DNA from: Camelus ferus
Taxonomy: Eukaryota
Length of the DNA: 64,000 bases
Reading direction: 5' to 3'
Assembly: GCF_009834535.1 (NCBI RefSeq)
Contig: NC_045712.1
Span: 13,206,001 to 13,270,000, forward strand
Shown piece after piece: positions 34,476 through 50,230 of this stretch. Both the position numbers and the translations under genes were made by a program. The stretch's first letter is position 1; each line of letters starts with the position of its first letter. Below the pieces are notes generated by a model. It worked only from the letters and a program-made list of their open reading frames with translations, was not told where the DNA came from and did no database searches.

Positions 34476-37400
34476 ATATTACAGGTACCTCCTTAAGAGG
34501 GGCTGCCCTGGGTGGTCTGTCATTGGTATTCTGGAAATTGCTCCATCCACATTCTTAGAACGTAACAAACTCAAAGTGCATCTTTAACTACAAATGCTTA
34601 TCTTCAGGCCAGTTTCTCACCTAGAAAAATGAAGTGATAGACAGCCACATTAGATGCACGTCAGAGCCTCTGTGAGCACTAGTTCAGATGTGGATTTGTC
34701 CTCCTGCCCCAAGTCTTCGGAGACGTGATCCAGATTGCTGAAGAGGCGTGCAAGGTGACTTTAATTTGAGAGATATATAAACATGGCTTTTCTCCTGGAC
34801 AGTTCTGGACTCTGACCAAACAAAGGACAATGTCATAGCTAACTAGACGATAAAAAGGCATATTTTGAACTTTCCACACACACACACAGAGCATAACTTC
34901 ACAAAGGGCCTAGGTGCCAAGATACTACACACACAATGCATCTTCAAATTAAGTTGTTTTCATAATTGAACTTGAGAAGAAACATCAAGGGAGGTCAAAT
35001 CTTATCAGGGGAAAATCCAAAAAGCTTCCAGATGCTTGTGTATTTAGCCCGTAGGGGGTGGGTCAGAAGATGCCATTTAGTGATAGGTTTTGTGGTGGCA
35101 TAGTTTTTAGAAGATCTTCCCAGGATGCTGCTTGCCTTTCATTTTCCAAATTTAGGGACAAGGTTTAGACGGCATTAAAAGGGAAAGGATGGGTGCAGTT
35201 TGATGGAGAAACAGTTCTGCCAACTCATTCTGTATTGTAGCTGTCATTTGGTGATAAATTGGACCTCAATGTGTTGTTTTTTGGGGAGGGGAGAAAAGGT
35301 GAGAAAATTTTTTAAATGGCCCCAGGTATTTCTCGTAAACGTCATTTGCACAGTCTGGTTTTGGCAAAGCCGTCTCTTCAGTTAAACTCAAGGTTTCCAG
35401 GTCCTCCATGTCAGATTTGTTACACTGGGACAGCCACCGCAGTCTTGGAAACCCGTGAGGTGACATACAGAATCAGTGTGCGTATCTTTGCGGGTCTGTG
35501 TGTAAAAAGCGTGTGTGCATTCTCTGCTGGAGGAAGGTCCAGACTCTCTTAGTGGGTCAGGGTTGTCGGAAAGCTGTTTCTCCTGTTCAGGAAGAGGCAG
35601 TGATTAGAAGAGGTTAAATTTAGAGAGGTTACAGAGTAAGCCCAGGAAAGGAAGAAGGAGAGAGGTGTGGCGTTTCCCTCAGGTGATCCTGCAGTGCGGC
35701 TCACTGGGTCCCTGCGAGGCTTTGGGAAGAGGCGCCTCAACACCGAGGAGACTGGTGGTTCAGGGGTCAGAGACTGACTTTAACTGGGAAATGAATTCAG
35801 TGTCAATGGACCAACCCCACATCCAGCATTTGCTCCTCACTTGAGAAACCAGGAGAGGGTGGGCGCTTGAAGGGAGTGGTACAGCTCTCAGGGTAAATCC
35901 AGAGGTCCTTAATCTATTGAACTATTTGCTTTTACTTGTAAAATATCTTTTTCCTCCCTTCCAAAAAGAGAGCAGAAACAAAGCACTACCACAGTGTAAA
36001 AAGATAGAAACTAATAGTCTCATTAATTTTCCTTTCCAAGGTTCATTTCAAAATGAAAATAGCTTTGCATTTTGTCTTGATTATACAAAGCATTCTCTTT
36101 ACGTTGTAAAAATAAGAAGTAGGCAGTACAGGAACATATAAGAGACAGGACAACCCACCCCAAATCCAACTTGTTTCTCTGTCTGCTGGGGTGTGTGCAC
36201 GCCCGACATGGGCTGACACCCCACATGCTTGTTTATAACAGGGACCCTTGTAAAGATCACAGTGAGGAGGCACGCAAATTCCCACGCACAGGGAAGGGGG
36301 TGTGGGGACTGTATCCATCATTGACACTTTCCTGCATCTGAAAATCTTCAGCATGTCTCCAGGGGAAGCACAAGGCAGGTACTGACTTTCTTCGGGGCTG
36401 AAATGGGAGAGCTGGTCCCGAGGGCCGAATTCACTTTGGTGAGGGGGTGGGACGCTTTTGGAAGTTGCAGAACCAGGTTCTCTCCCAAGTCTTTGGAATA
36501 CTGATGCATCCAGGTCGGAGCTGAGCACGTTATCTTCAAAAGGGAACAATGGGGACATAGGGGGTGAAGGTGATGGTGTCCTTGCCCAAAGGTCCATGTG
36601 TTTCCTGACACCTTTCCCAAAGTAATTTGTCTCCTTGAGTCCGAGTGAATTGAGCTTTCTCGTACATTCTTACCAAGACCTCTTTGCTAGGTTAGCATAT
36701 GGCCCTCGTATTTCTCCCACAAGCACACCAAGCATAATTTCAAATGGTCTATTGGTCTTTGCTAAATGCATGCCCAGTTTTCCTCAACTTTGAATCTTCA
36801 CTGAAACCTATATTCAGAGCTGTAATCTGTAAAAGTCAGGGATGGTGAAGTTTTTGTCCTCCTTGGCCTTTCTTCAGATTTCAAAGCAAGGACTAGAGGG
36901 AGGGGGAGTAGAGAGGCCTGAGAAATGAATGAAAGGGACCTTAGAAATGTCCATCAAGTTGGGGAATGGAAGATGGAGGCCACCTGAGGAGAGAGCAAGG
37001 AAGAACCATTGTTCTAAGACTGAATTGTTAAGACCCAGGGCAAGAATTTGATGCTTTTAAAGAACTTGAGGGAAATGGAATGTCTGAGTCACAAATCTTA
37101 TAAACTAAAAACTCCTAAGCTCTGCAGGACCTGTAAGAGAGGTTGGCAGTGTCCAGTTATGATGCTCTGAGGTAGATAAATGTAGTGACGTGGCATCTGT
37201 TGTGTAAGAGACAGGAGTCTAGGATTTTTATTTTGAACAGGGGGAAACTAAACACCTGGGCTTACCACATCTTTTATCGGAGAAAGTAAGAGCTGAAATG
37301 TTCCATGTTTTCCCCCTCCAGTATTTTTCCTTCCACTAGATTTTGTTCTCCATTCAGTTGCCCTTCAGACCAAGAGCATCTCAAAAAACGGGAAGGGTCT

Positions 37401-37969
37401 TTTGCTGAGCAGGTTTTCAGGATCAGGAGCCTGCTTATTGCATTGGAATTCAGATGAAACTCTTTCCCTTTGGCTGCTACTCGGACTTTGGACAAGTTGC
37501 AGATCTGAGAAGGCTGACCCCCTGAGGTCAACACATATATAAAAATGGATCTCAGTTTTCAACCAACAGTAGTGTCAGGAGATCAAGAGGTGAAATGTGA
37601 GGCCTCAAAAATTGATTCGCTAAGAATTATGAAAGCTCTTCAGATAATAGTTATGTATATACTTAAAAGTACAAGGGCACATCAGTCTTAGATGTGATTC
37701 TTTAAAGATCTGATTCCTGTTTCTTACAGGCTACAAGGACTGATGGTAAATCCTTAGATAGAAGTTGAATATTTTATTAATGAAAGGTGGAAGATGTGGG
37801 GTCCCAAGGAGCGTTTTTAGCCCTGGTTGTGAATTCCTTTCAGATATGAGAGCCTTCTGTTCAAACCACTCATGGTCTTTGGTGCCACATGTTTTGTTTC
37901 AAAATGAAGATGTTAAAACGGATACAGCTTATAATAAGCGAGCCCAGTGTCTTAGCGGAGAACCTGTGA

Positions 37970-38465
<496 letters not shown>

Positions 38466-41400
38466 TAGCACCCGGGCTCTTGTCTTCCCCAGATCCCGCC
38501 GCCGGCCTCCCAACTTTCTCTTGAGGCTTATTGAGAATAGATTTTCAGAGTGTAAACCGGAGAGAGGTGAATCCAGGTGAGAGGTGAAAACGTCTCAGAG
38601 CAGCGTTCGAACCTGCTGGATATTCGCGGAGCCTCTGTTAGGTCCTCAGTTTGGGGAAGGGTAGATATGGACGGTCATCAGATGAAGGGTCTGGGTAAAA
38701 ATTGATTTTATTTTTCCTTTTTGTTAAAAGAAGTGGCAGATCAGAGCTGTGGCCTCATTAATTCTTCCCCGCATGGAGATGGTGGCTGGCTCTGAGCACC
38801 AGTCTTCTGAAACAGCTCTGATACACAGTTGAACATAAATCTGATTGGTTTGGATGGCAGGAGTAATGAGAAGAAATTAAGTGCTTTCTTAGTGGTCTCC
38901 TGGTTTTTTAAGGATAGTGGTAATTTCTTTTTTTAACCATTATCAGTCTTTCTAAACATTCCCCTTAAAAAGGGGGAAAAAAAAAAGCAGTGAGTGCTTT
39001 GTGCTTTAATTATTTATACCGTGGTTGAGCATGTTCCTTTGACTTTACCTTTTCAATAAATATGAGCTAGTGATGTCATACCTGGTAACTTTCTGGCTCT
39101 TATAAATGGAAAAGGCCCTTAATGTTTAATTTTTTTACTTTTTATGATGAAATGATTGCCAAAGACTATTCCCCATGAATAACATTCATTTATCTTACTA
39201 TTCCCTAAGTTCTTAAAATGCTTTCATCTTAGGGGATGCAAATAGGCCCTGTTTGGGGGTGGGGGAGCTGTTATTCTTAGTGACGTTTTCTCATGAGGAT
39301 GCATGGTCACGATGAACAGGTATGAAGTCCATGCTCCTCCTTGTGTTCTCTTTTTGTTCTGGGACAGGAGAGAATGTCTAATGAGGGAGGAGGCCGGGTT
39401 TTGGTGAAGGGTCTGATGGAAACTGGAAGAGAGCAGAGAATCATTCTTACCCTCTTCTTGGTTGTAGTCCCCTCATCAGTGGTTACTTTTGTAGCCACAG
39501 CTGTGCTTCTCTCTCAGCAAGGCCCCCTGGAGAATCCAGGCACAGAGGTGGTGGGAGGTGTGGGAAGTGCTCCTGCCTCCCGCCCACCCGCTCGTACTTG
39601 GCCATGAAGCATTTCCTTTGCTGGCTGACGCAACTCCTCTCTGACCCAAAGAAAACAGGGGAGCGAGGCCAGCATCCCCGCCAGAGGAGAGCTGGCCACA
39701 CTACTGGTGAAAGTCAGCACTCCGGGGACACAAGGCACGTCTGGGGTCTTGCTGAGTATCAAATTCTAGGAAGTCACTCAGGGGCCCCCCCCCCCCGTCC
39801 TTTCCCCCTTCAAGGGAGAGAGATCATTGCCTCCAAATTATAATGGTGCGTGGAATTATGCAGGCTGTTTGGGCTAAGGGTTCACTATGTCAGCAAAAGT
39901 CTAATCATTTGAGAAGGGATTTATTTAGGAAGACCCCAGAGTACACCTGACCCTTGGCGAGAGGAGATGCAGTTCCCCGGGAGCATCCTCGTAAGCAGGC
40001 GTTGCTAAGCTGATGTTACTAAGCGACTGTTCTCCCTGTGTCCTCTCACTAACCGTAGTGATTTCACTGGAGAAACGCTTTCCAAAGCGGAATGTTTTCA
40101 TGTTCCATTCACATTTCTCTCTAACCACGGGGCTCCTCGAATCAATGGCCCAACTCCAGTTGACGTGGAAATACTGCTTTATTGACCGCGCCCCTGCTTC
40201 CCTCAGTGGAGTACATGCTGATGACTGAGTTTCCATGGATGAATCTTTTCATGATAAAGTAAACCGTGTTCTGAAGGGCCGGCGGGGGCCTGCACGGATC
40301 GACACTTCTGATGCACCCAGTGAATAGGGGGTTACAGCTCAGGGGCCGTTTTCACCTTGACAGAAGCAGTATTTCTTCAGAACTTGGTACTGAATCCAAT
40401 TTTTTTGAAAAGTTTTCACCAGGGGGAAAAAAAAAGCATCGAATGAGAGTCAGACTGAAATATCTGGATTAGCACCAGGGTGGGTCTCCACTTTCTCTAA
40501 CATCTAAAGACGAGGACCTGGCAGCACAAATGAGAATCCATTTTTTGGCGATTGGAGGCTCTGTAATTGAGTGATCGCAGCAACCTAATAGATGTGAAAA
40601 TTCACATAGGTTTCCTCCTCACAGTAAACGAGGACCATGGTAGGACTTTTCTCTCCAATGGTGATTGTTCCATATCCATCAATGGTTTTCTTTTCTTCAC
40701 AGTACCTACAAATGAACCTACGCCAATCTTGTCTTTTAATCAGTATTTCGCTTTATCCCATCAGTCTCTGCCATTCCCTTGGGCTATTTTTTTTAACCTT
40801 GTCTTTTGAAAAAAAAAAAAATACAGCATGTAGTCTGGTTAGGAATGATTCCCTGCCCGACCCCTCAAGGCATATTAAAATGAGCAGAGTACTCCAGGGA
40901 AAACAGGAGAGCTGAAGTCAGCAATAGCACCTTCATTGTACCCTTAACTTCTCCCCGTTTTTTGGGGTGAGGAGGACATATATTTTCCTTGTATTTCATT
41001 TTATTGTGAAGGTTCTTAACATGGTCTCCAATCCAACTCCTTCACGTGGTCTAGATGCTGTGCAAAAATAACAAATTCTCGATACGGCCATCTGTCGAGA
41101 CAGGAGTGTCTGAATGAATCAAGTGGAAGTACAGATGTGCTCATAAATCCCTCTGAAGAACTCAAAGGACACATGAGAGTCCTTTAGAAGCCACATTGCC
41201 TGTTTTGTGTTTTCTGTAGATAACAAGCCAGTGGTGCCCATCCTTAAGAAATGACAGTGATGCTGTCTCATTCATTAAATGTTCAGGAAGAACAGCTCGT
41301 ATCCACTAGTGTTGCCTACAAAAGAAAGTCTGAAGCTTTTTGCAGTTGAAACTTTTGCCTGTTGATAAAATAGTTGGGAAAGAAAAAAATGACAAAGCTG

Positions 41401-42063
41401 TCCTATTAACCACAGTAAACCTGTCCCTCGAGAGCGACGTGCTTACGGATCTGGAATTGGGGAGCGGCTCCTTTATCACAGTGAATTTGAGGAGCTGAGC
41501 TGTGCATCTAGATTTTAAGAGCTGTTATGACAGTTCTTATTTGTGTGTTTGTTCAGCTCTTGGCCAGATCTGATGATTTGTGTCAGTAAATAAAAGACTG
41601 TTCTGCCTGAACTGCCTAGAATTTATCCGAATAGGTATTAGCCCAAGAATTAATCCCATCAGGAACTTGACACGACTTTAAATAAACGTAGGAGTGTGGC
41701 AATGACAGAAGTATGCTTTAAGTTTTTTTTTTTTTTTCCTTCAAAAGGGAAAAAGGGTTTAGACAAATCTAAAGTTCATGACATGCTTCAAACAAGGTCA
41801 TACAAGAATGTGTACTTCGGGGTGTAATTAAATAGGAAGAGTCTAAGATGGTAATGGAAATTCTCAAACGGTACAGTTTTAAATTCTAGCTTTTTGACAA
41901 GCAAAGTACCATGAAAAAAAAAAAAAAAAGAGGGAAAAAAAGAATCAAACCATAGTCTTTTAAAATCCACAGCAGCCTTGACCTTTACTGTGAAAGCTTA
42001 ACTGCACGTTCCTTATCAATCAAAACTAAATTAAAGTGAACTAAGAGAAAGCACATACATTAA

Positions 42064-42309
<246 letters not shown>

Positions 42310-45003
42310 TGAGGCATTCTTCTTAACCAAGCAAAGAGCAAAGACAAGATGAAATAAAAAATGTTGGGCATGTTCAGCCAAGTCTGCAAATGTGTTGTGT
42401 CTGTTGTAATGAAGTCACCAGGACAGTTCTCCAAAACCCTGGTGACTCCATCCTTTCTAATTATCAAAGGAAGTCTTTTGACTGCTTCCTGGAGTCGTTA
42501 GTGGAACTACCAAAGGAAATTAGCTGTTCAGATGTCCCCTATGCAAGGGCCTAGAAATGAACAAAGCTGGACAAGATTCTCTTAGCTCTTTTTGATTTAG
42601 TCTCACTCCAAAAAAAAAAAAAGTGATAGTAATATCAGAAAGATGGCTCTACCTCACTGCCTCCTAGAAACTTAATTTTAATAAAATCTGCCTGAAATAG
42701 AGAAGAGAACAAAAAACATTTTGGGGGAGTAGTTTAGAAACTTTAGTGCCCTTGGGAAGAAGTGGCAGCAGAGGACAAAGAAGGGAAAAATCATTCTATA
42801 AATCTGTAATATGTTTCAGTACTGATTGATGACCGAAGTTGTATATTTGGGCAGATGGTGTTTGGTCAGTAGAAGAATATAATTATCAAAATGCCACAGT
42901 TCAAAGGCCAAAAGACTTTCTTTGTAACGTGTCTGTGTGTTGCTGTATTGTGTTTGTGCGTGTTTTCGTAAAAAGCTCATCACTGACGTCTTCTGCATCC
43001 TTGGTATCTGTCATTGGGCATCTTCCTTTCAACAGGAAGCTCTTTAAATAAAATTACTATTTGCTTATTGATTCTCAGAGAAGCAAATTTTTTTCCAATG
43101 GACTGCACTGTATGATAAGCCTAGATCTGGTGGCTACAACTGCCCAAACCATGGTGGCTTACCCCTCAGTGGGCAATAATAAGGCAGAAACTTGCTACAT
43201 TTGATGTCACTGTAGGAGGGGCACGTGTTCCTATATTAATTGATGCTGAGGAAAAAATTGGTCTGGGCTGGAGGTCTCCGCAGAGGTCCTTTCCTTGTTC
43301 ACAGACAGGCACAGCGGATTTAAAGCAAACTCAGCCAAGAACCGAGTGCTGACTGGAAAGCACTCGGGGTCTATTTGGGTGATAATCCTCCTGCTTGAGT
43401 GAACCGAAGACAGAGACACAACTTGATTTAATTTGTTGTTTCAATGAGGCTATTACAACAAATACCCTTTAGCCAGCTACTCAAACAGAAAGAAAATATT
43501 GTTACCTTAGCGTGCTCAAGAAAATATCATTCTCAAATTGTGCTTCTGGGCGTCCTATGATGTAGCTTAACTCCACGTTCCACAGCATCTTACAGCTTAG
43601 CCTCAGCAATTATAATAAGAAAGCGCTGGATTAGAAGCACCATTTAAAGCACAGCATTAAGATAGCTCAGGCAGAAATATTGGATTCAGACTCCTCTGAC
43701 TTGGACTCACCTGTTCATTTAGTTTCTTCTCTCTTAGCGTATTCATTCACTATACATTTTAAGCTTATGGGTGAATCCTGAAAAGGGAACATCTCTCGGC
43801 AGCTTGAAATCTAAACAACCAGTTTCTTCTTCCCTGTCCCACTGTACAAAATCAGAGAAGATGGGAATTAAATTCTTAGGCCAATATGGTCCTTCAGCCT
43901 CAAAGCCAATGAATTAAATAAACCCAGAAAGTCTGCAGAACAGCATTTGAAAAATCTCCTTTAGGATTCATGGTCGCTAAATTATATTTTTTCCCCTTAA
44001 ATAAAAGATTTGTCATTTTACAGATGATAAAATGCACTAGTTATACATTAAAATATTAAGTAAGAATTAAGTGGAAATAACCCTTTTTTAGTTCCCTTAG
44101 TTAAGTAACAGAGTGGTATATAGAACAATTTCATGTACAGTAAGCATGTTCTTATGGAAATTACTTTTCTGTAAAAAAAAATGAGATTTTCATTTTAAAG
44201 CTCTGGACTATCACAGGGCTTTTAAAGTAAAAAAATATCATGTTGTTGGGTAATAAATTAATACTTAAAATGTTGAAACATTAGAGGCACATTGTGGAGT
44301 AAGGCACTCATATTAACAATGAAATATAGTTCCCTGACATAGAACAATTTTGTTGTCACCGTTGATCTTAAGGATATGTAAGGCTGGATATTTTTTGGTA
44401 ATAGTAGTGAAAGAGGAAATTTTGTAAATTTGGAAATCTTAAGATGTTTGAGAGTAATAAAATGATCTAACAAGTCATATTATTAGCTTTGCTAGTCTTC
44501 ATTACTTTTAAAGCAAAAAGTGATTTTTTTTTTTTAATGGAAAACACTCATTACCTCAAGCTGTTTTCTTTCATCTCCTAGTTGATGACATCAGGTACTT
44601 AACAGGTCTTCTGATCCTCGGAGCAGCCTCCACTCCAAAGGTCACTCTGACTTAGCCTGCACTCCTTCCTCGGGCACAGGCACCCACCGTGTGCCGAGCG
44701 TGATGACGTGAATTTATTTAATTCCCCTCGTAACAATACCAGGGAGAGTGGTGAGTGCTGACTTCAGCCTTAGTTAGGGATAATGGCTTGGGTTTGATTA
44801 GGAGTTATCAAACAGTGACTAGTCCTTTGAAAAAAACTTCAGGCTCAATGACTGGTCCTACTGTTTCCTTTTGCCCAGCGTCCTCTGTTACTTCGCCTGT
44901 CCAGATTATCTGTGTTGGAAAGCTTTCGTCTGCACAAGCACCATCAGTACTGGTGCTGTAACTGTGTCCACCTTAGGGCTCTGATTCCTTTTATCAGAGG
45001 AAT

Positions 45004-45143
45004 NNNNNNNNNNNNNNNNNNNNNNNNNNNNNNNNNNNNNNNNNNNNNNNNNNNNNNNNNNNNNNNNNNNNNNNNNNNNNNNNNNNNNNNNNNNNNNNNN
45101 NNNNNNNNNNNNNNNNNNNNNNNNNNNNNNNNNNNNNNNNNNN
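45004..45143. other. MAGI1: Assembly gap (140 N), inferred to hide the MAGI1 exon that starts PDZ3 (about [30 protein letters not shown])
   Basis: No sequence encoding this peptide was found between 42179 and 46925. A phase 1-0 exon is needed to join the flanking exons. Confidence 0.75.
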
Positions 45144-45714
45144 CTGTCACCCCGCCTCCCACCCCCAGTGCTATTTTTTAAGACTTCAAAGCAAATTGGC
45201 AGTAGGGACAGATCGCCAAAATTTTGAGTCCAGCTAGGTGCACCCCTGACTGTTTCATCTTAGGCAGTGGGGGTTATTCTTTGGATTTTGTGAAGCTCTT
45301 TTTGCCTTGAAGAAGAAGGAAAGTTGGTGTTTGTGCTTGTGGAAAGCGGCAGCTGTGGCATCTGAAGCTCCCCATCAAAGGAAAGGAAACCTAAAAGCAA
45401 TATAGGGATAGACATCAACTGAGAGAACAATGGCCCGATCCTCCTGGCCAGTTCTGTTCAATCTGCCAGCAGGTAGTTTGGCTTTGTATACGGAGTAGCT
45501 AGTGTATAGAGAGCACTTATCAAGCATTACGAGAGATTTGAGAAAGTAGGACCACCAACTTTACAAAATTAGAGAAAGAACCCTGAACAAGGGTTAGGAG
45601 ATATTTAACCTCACCAGGGCTCATCTTTAGGATCAATTGAATAGAACATCACAGGATTCATTTGGAAGGGGAAAAGAGAACTAAAGTTAAGTATTGTTCA
45701 TTTCTTCATCACAA

Positions 45715-45940
45715 TTAAATAGCTATTACTTATTGAGTGCTTACTATGTGCCGGATGCTATGCTAGAGGCTTCTAACATACAGTCTTCTCCTTTATCCGT
45801 CAAATCCATGAATTTACCCGCACTTTTCAAATCCTCAAATAAAGACCCAGAAACATAGATGAACTTGCCTGGGATCACAGAGTTAGTAAATGAAGGGGCT
45901 GGAAAGGGTGTGATTCCAGAGTCCATATTCTTAACCACTC
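45715..45940 (-). mobile_element. MIR
   Basis: acttattgagtgcttactatgtgccggatgctatgctagaggctt...gaacttgcctgggatcacagag...ttcttaaccac. Confidence 0.82.
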
Positions 45941-46566
45941 TTGTTTTATTTATTTATTTTTTTTCTTAGCCACTCTTGTGTTGAAGTTCTTTGTCAACAG
46001 TAAATGCCACATAAAGATTGTTATAGCATTATTATCTAGTGAGAAGGCAAGCAAAGCACAAATATTTTAGCCAAAGTTGAGTGAGTGATTAATGTAACAG
46101 CAAGACACTGACTAGAAAAATCTGTTCTGCATACAGCTGTTACAGACTACAGAAATGGGGATGTCAAACCAGACTTTGCCTGATTTATCCCTTCATTTAA
46201 CAGTATTTATTGTGCATTCCCTACTGCTAGGCACACACTAGCCTTTAAAGAATAGTTGTATTACTACTATATTTAGCATAGGAGGGTTCTCAGGTAGACA
46301 GAAAAGGAAAAAAAAGTTTTGCCATTTAAGGGAGTAAAATGATTAATTTCTACAAAAAGGGGGGAAAAGTCATCACCAAACCATCAGTAGATGTTAAGGA
46401 ACCAAACAAGAAAAAAAAATTTTTTTTTCACCATTTAAGAATTGTTGTAGCACCTAGCACAGCACCTGGTATCCAGTGGGTGCTCAATCAGTGTTTGTGT
46501 CATGGCTTGCAGACACGAGTGAATGAACTGAATTGCTCTTACAAATGTTCAGGCCATCATTTGGTG

Positions 46567-47210
<644 letters not shown>

Positions 47211-47639
47211 TAGCAAATGTGATTAAGCTCAGAATTTCCAGATGGTTTGCTTCCCTCAAACCCTGCACAACTACTGTCATTCGAAAGTACTTTAATGTGC
47301 TATCCCTGTCTGTTCAGCACAGGCTTGTAGAATAAGGCTCGTTGAATATACGTTACCTTCCCCCATCCCCTTTCCCACTAGAACTTAGTTACTCTCTTCA
47401 TTTAATGGGAATTCTCAACAAAATAGGTCATTTAGGACAGTCAGGAGCCTTGTAGCTTCAAGTTAAAAGGTCAAAATTCAGTTTGTGCTGCAAAATAAGC
47501 TCATTAAAAAGCTACTCTGTTGTTGACAGTCATATGAATTAAAGCGAGATTTTAATTTTTTAATTTTTCTCTATATGGAAGTTGTAGAGCTGGCCAGTTC
47601 TACGTCATCTGTGCTTCCTTCCTCCTGCAAGCTTCGAAG

Positions 47640-47900
47640 TACTCGAGTTCTCAAAATACTGCATACCTTTCAGGCCCAACTCAAATATAGCCTTCTCTGT
47701 GAAACCCTCAGAAGTTCCCTCCTTCCTCCCACTGCCTTCAGATTTCAGCATCCTCTTCTTGCCATTCTTGGGAATCACAGTTGACTTCTCTGTGATTCTG
47801 CCATTTTGAGACAGTTCACTGTGTGAGTGTCTGTCCTTTCCGTTCATTCACCAGCTTTGTCAGCAGCCCCCACACCCAGTTATTCAGGACAGAATGCAGA
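47640..47900 (+). mobile_element. L2 fragment
   Basis: ccttcaggcccaactcaaatatagccttctctgtgaaaccct. Confidence 0.55.
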
Positions 47901-48376
47901 ATGCAGGAGAGACAGATCTTGGGTTGTATCAGTTGAATTATTGAAGAAATATGCCATGAAATACTATGAATTCTTCATAGTTTTAATATTAGTGAAACAA
48001 CTACATATGAGATAAAATCACCTGGCAACTTGTTTTAAAAACAAAAAGTTAGTAGAGCTCATTTAAGTGGTATATAATTAATTACAGAATTAAGATATCA
48101 GATTTCTTGTGTGACAGTCCTACCTCCTGCAGCCACGGGAAACACTGTTAATTAGTTATGTCCCTAGAGCTCATCGATGGCCTCAGAATCTTAACATTGA
48201 ATTCCATGCAACCAACAGCAGTCAGAAATGGCTTTTGAGATGAGATGAAAACTTTTTGACTCTACTGGCCCAAATAAAAATAGGAGATATATGTGATATT
48301 TGTTGGTTTCACATTTATTTTTACAATGTTAAATATTGAGGATTTTTAGTTCTGGGTCAAAGGCATGTTAAATCTT

Positions 48377-48523
48377 NNNNNNNNNNNNNNNNNNNNNNNN
48401 NNNNNNNNNNNNNNNNNNNNNNNNNNNNNNNNNNNNNNNNNNNNNNNNNNNNNNNNNNNNNNNNNNNNNNNNNNNNNNNNNNNNNNNNNNNNNNNNNNNN
48501 NNNNNNNNNNNNNNNNNNNNNNN
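48377..48523. other. Assembly gap (147 N)
   Basis: N run, followed directly by an L1 3' end. Confidence 1.
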
Positions 48524-48685
48524 GCTATTTACTAGATACAGATTTTCAGTTCTGGAAGAGGAAGAAGTTCTGGAGATGGGTGGTGGTGATGAGTAACAAC
48601 AATATTTCTGTACTTAATGCCATTGAACTATTTACCTAAAATGGTTAAAATAACAATGTTCCATATATTTCACTACAATATAAAC
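48524..48685 (+). mobile_element. L1MB-like 3' end
   Basis: gaagttctggagatgggtggtggtgatg...tgtacttaatgccattgaacta...aaatggttaaaa. Confidence 0.85.
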
Positions 48686-49162
48686 TAAATCTATGAAAGG
48701 AGACACTTTGGGGAATAAATGTAGTAGTTCTATCCAAAACCCAAATATGCATTTTGCTTTTGGCATGAAATTTAAGTAAGTTGATACCACCTACTACTGT
48801 GGCTGTTTAGGAGTGCCCTACCCTGTCACTTGACAAAGGAGAAAAACTGGAATTTGCTGAAATGAATTCTGAGGGAGGCTAATGCATCCAGATGTGTGAT
48901 CAGAGTAGATAATTGACATCTGGAAGCTGGGAAGAGGTGCTAAGTATACCTCTGGCTGGCATTGCCAGGAATCCCACAGTCTGGAAAATCTTAATGGTAC
49001 TGTCAACTTACAGTCTCTCCCCTGACGGAAAAGGCAGAAGCAGAACTGTTTGGAGAGCTGAACAGAAATGGGACTTGAGGGTCATGACAGTTTGAGTGCA
49101 GCAAAGGGCGTGTCTCTGAGGCACAGATGGTGGCGTCACCTACACTTCCTTCTTGATGGGTC

Positions 49163-49515
49163 TTTTTTGTTTATTTGTTTCATGGAAGTATAGTTGCTGT
49201 ACAACACACTGTAAGTTATGGGTGTACAGTACAGTGATTGACCATCTTTAAAGGTTATGCTCCGTTTATAGTTATAAAATATTGGTTATATTCCCCATGC
49301 TGTACAATACGTCCCTGTAGCTTATTTTATACCTACTAGTTGTACCTGTTACCCCTCTACCCCCATATTGCTTCTCTCCCCCACTGATAACCATTAGTTC
49401 TGTGTGTCTGCTTCTTTTTTTGTTATATTCACTAGTTTGTTGTATTTTTGAGATTCTACGTGTACGTGATATCATACGGTATCTGTCGTTCTGACTCATT
49501 CCACTTAGCATAACG
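49163..49515 (-). mobile_element. L1 3' end, about 350 nt, laurasiatherian/artiodactyl type
   Basis: gaagtatagttg...ggtgtacag...tattggttatattccccatgctgtacaatac...agattctac...gatatcatacggtat...ctgactcattccacttagcataa. Confidence 0.88.
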
Positions 49516-49689
49516 TGGATAGGTTGTTTTTTGATTCGTGCTCCAGGAAACATTTCAGAGTGGGCCGATTTTGCTGCAAACTTGAGTCTGAATGCAGGTG
49601 TTGATACACAGTAGGCAGTGAATGGAACAGAATTTGGTGTCCGTTTGTGTTTTGCCATGGGGTGGATGTCAGTAGATCCTGAGTGGTAA

Positions 49690-50230
<541 letters not shown>

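Noticed and set aside
36043-36597. ATG-initiated 184-aa antisense ORF as a de novo gene
   Set aside because: Length is within chance expectation, Kozak context is modest, and there is no recognisable domain or promoter evidence. It would need Ribo-seq or conservation support.
39341-39607. 88-aa ORF with a hydrophobic segment, and a 30-nt in-frame candidate exon at 39518-39547
   Set aside because: TTG start; the candidate donor (gag|gtggtg) is too weak to support an exon.
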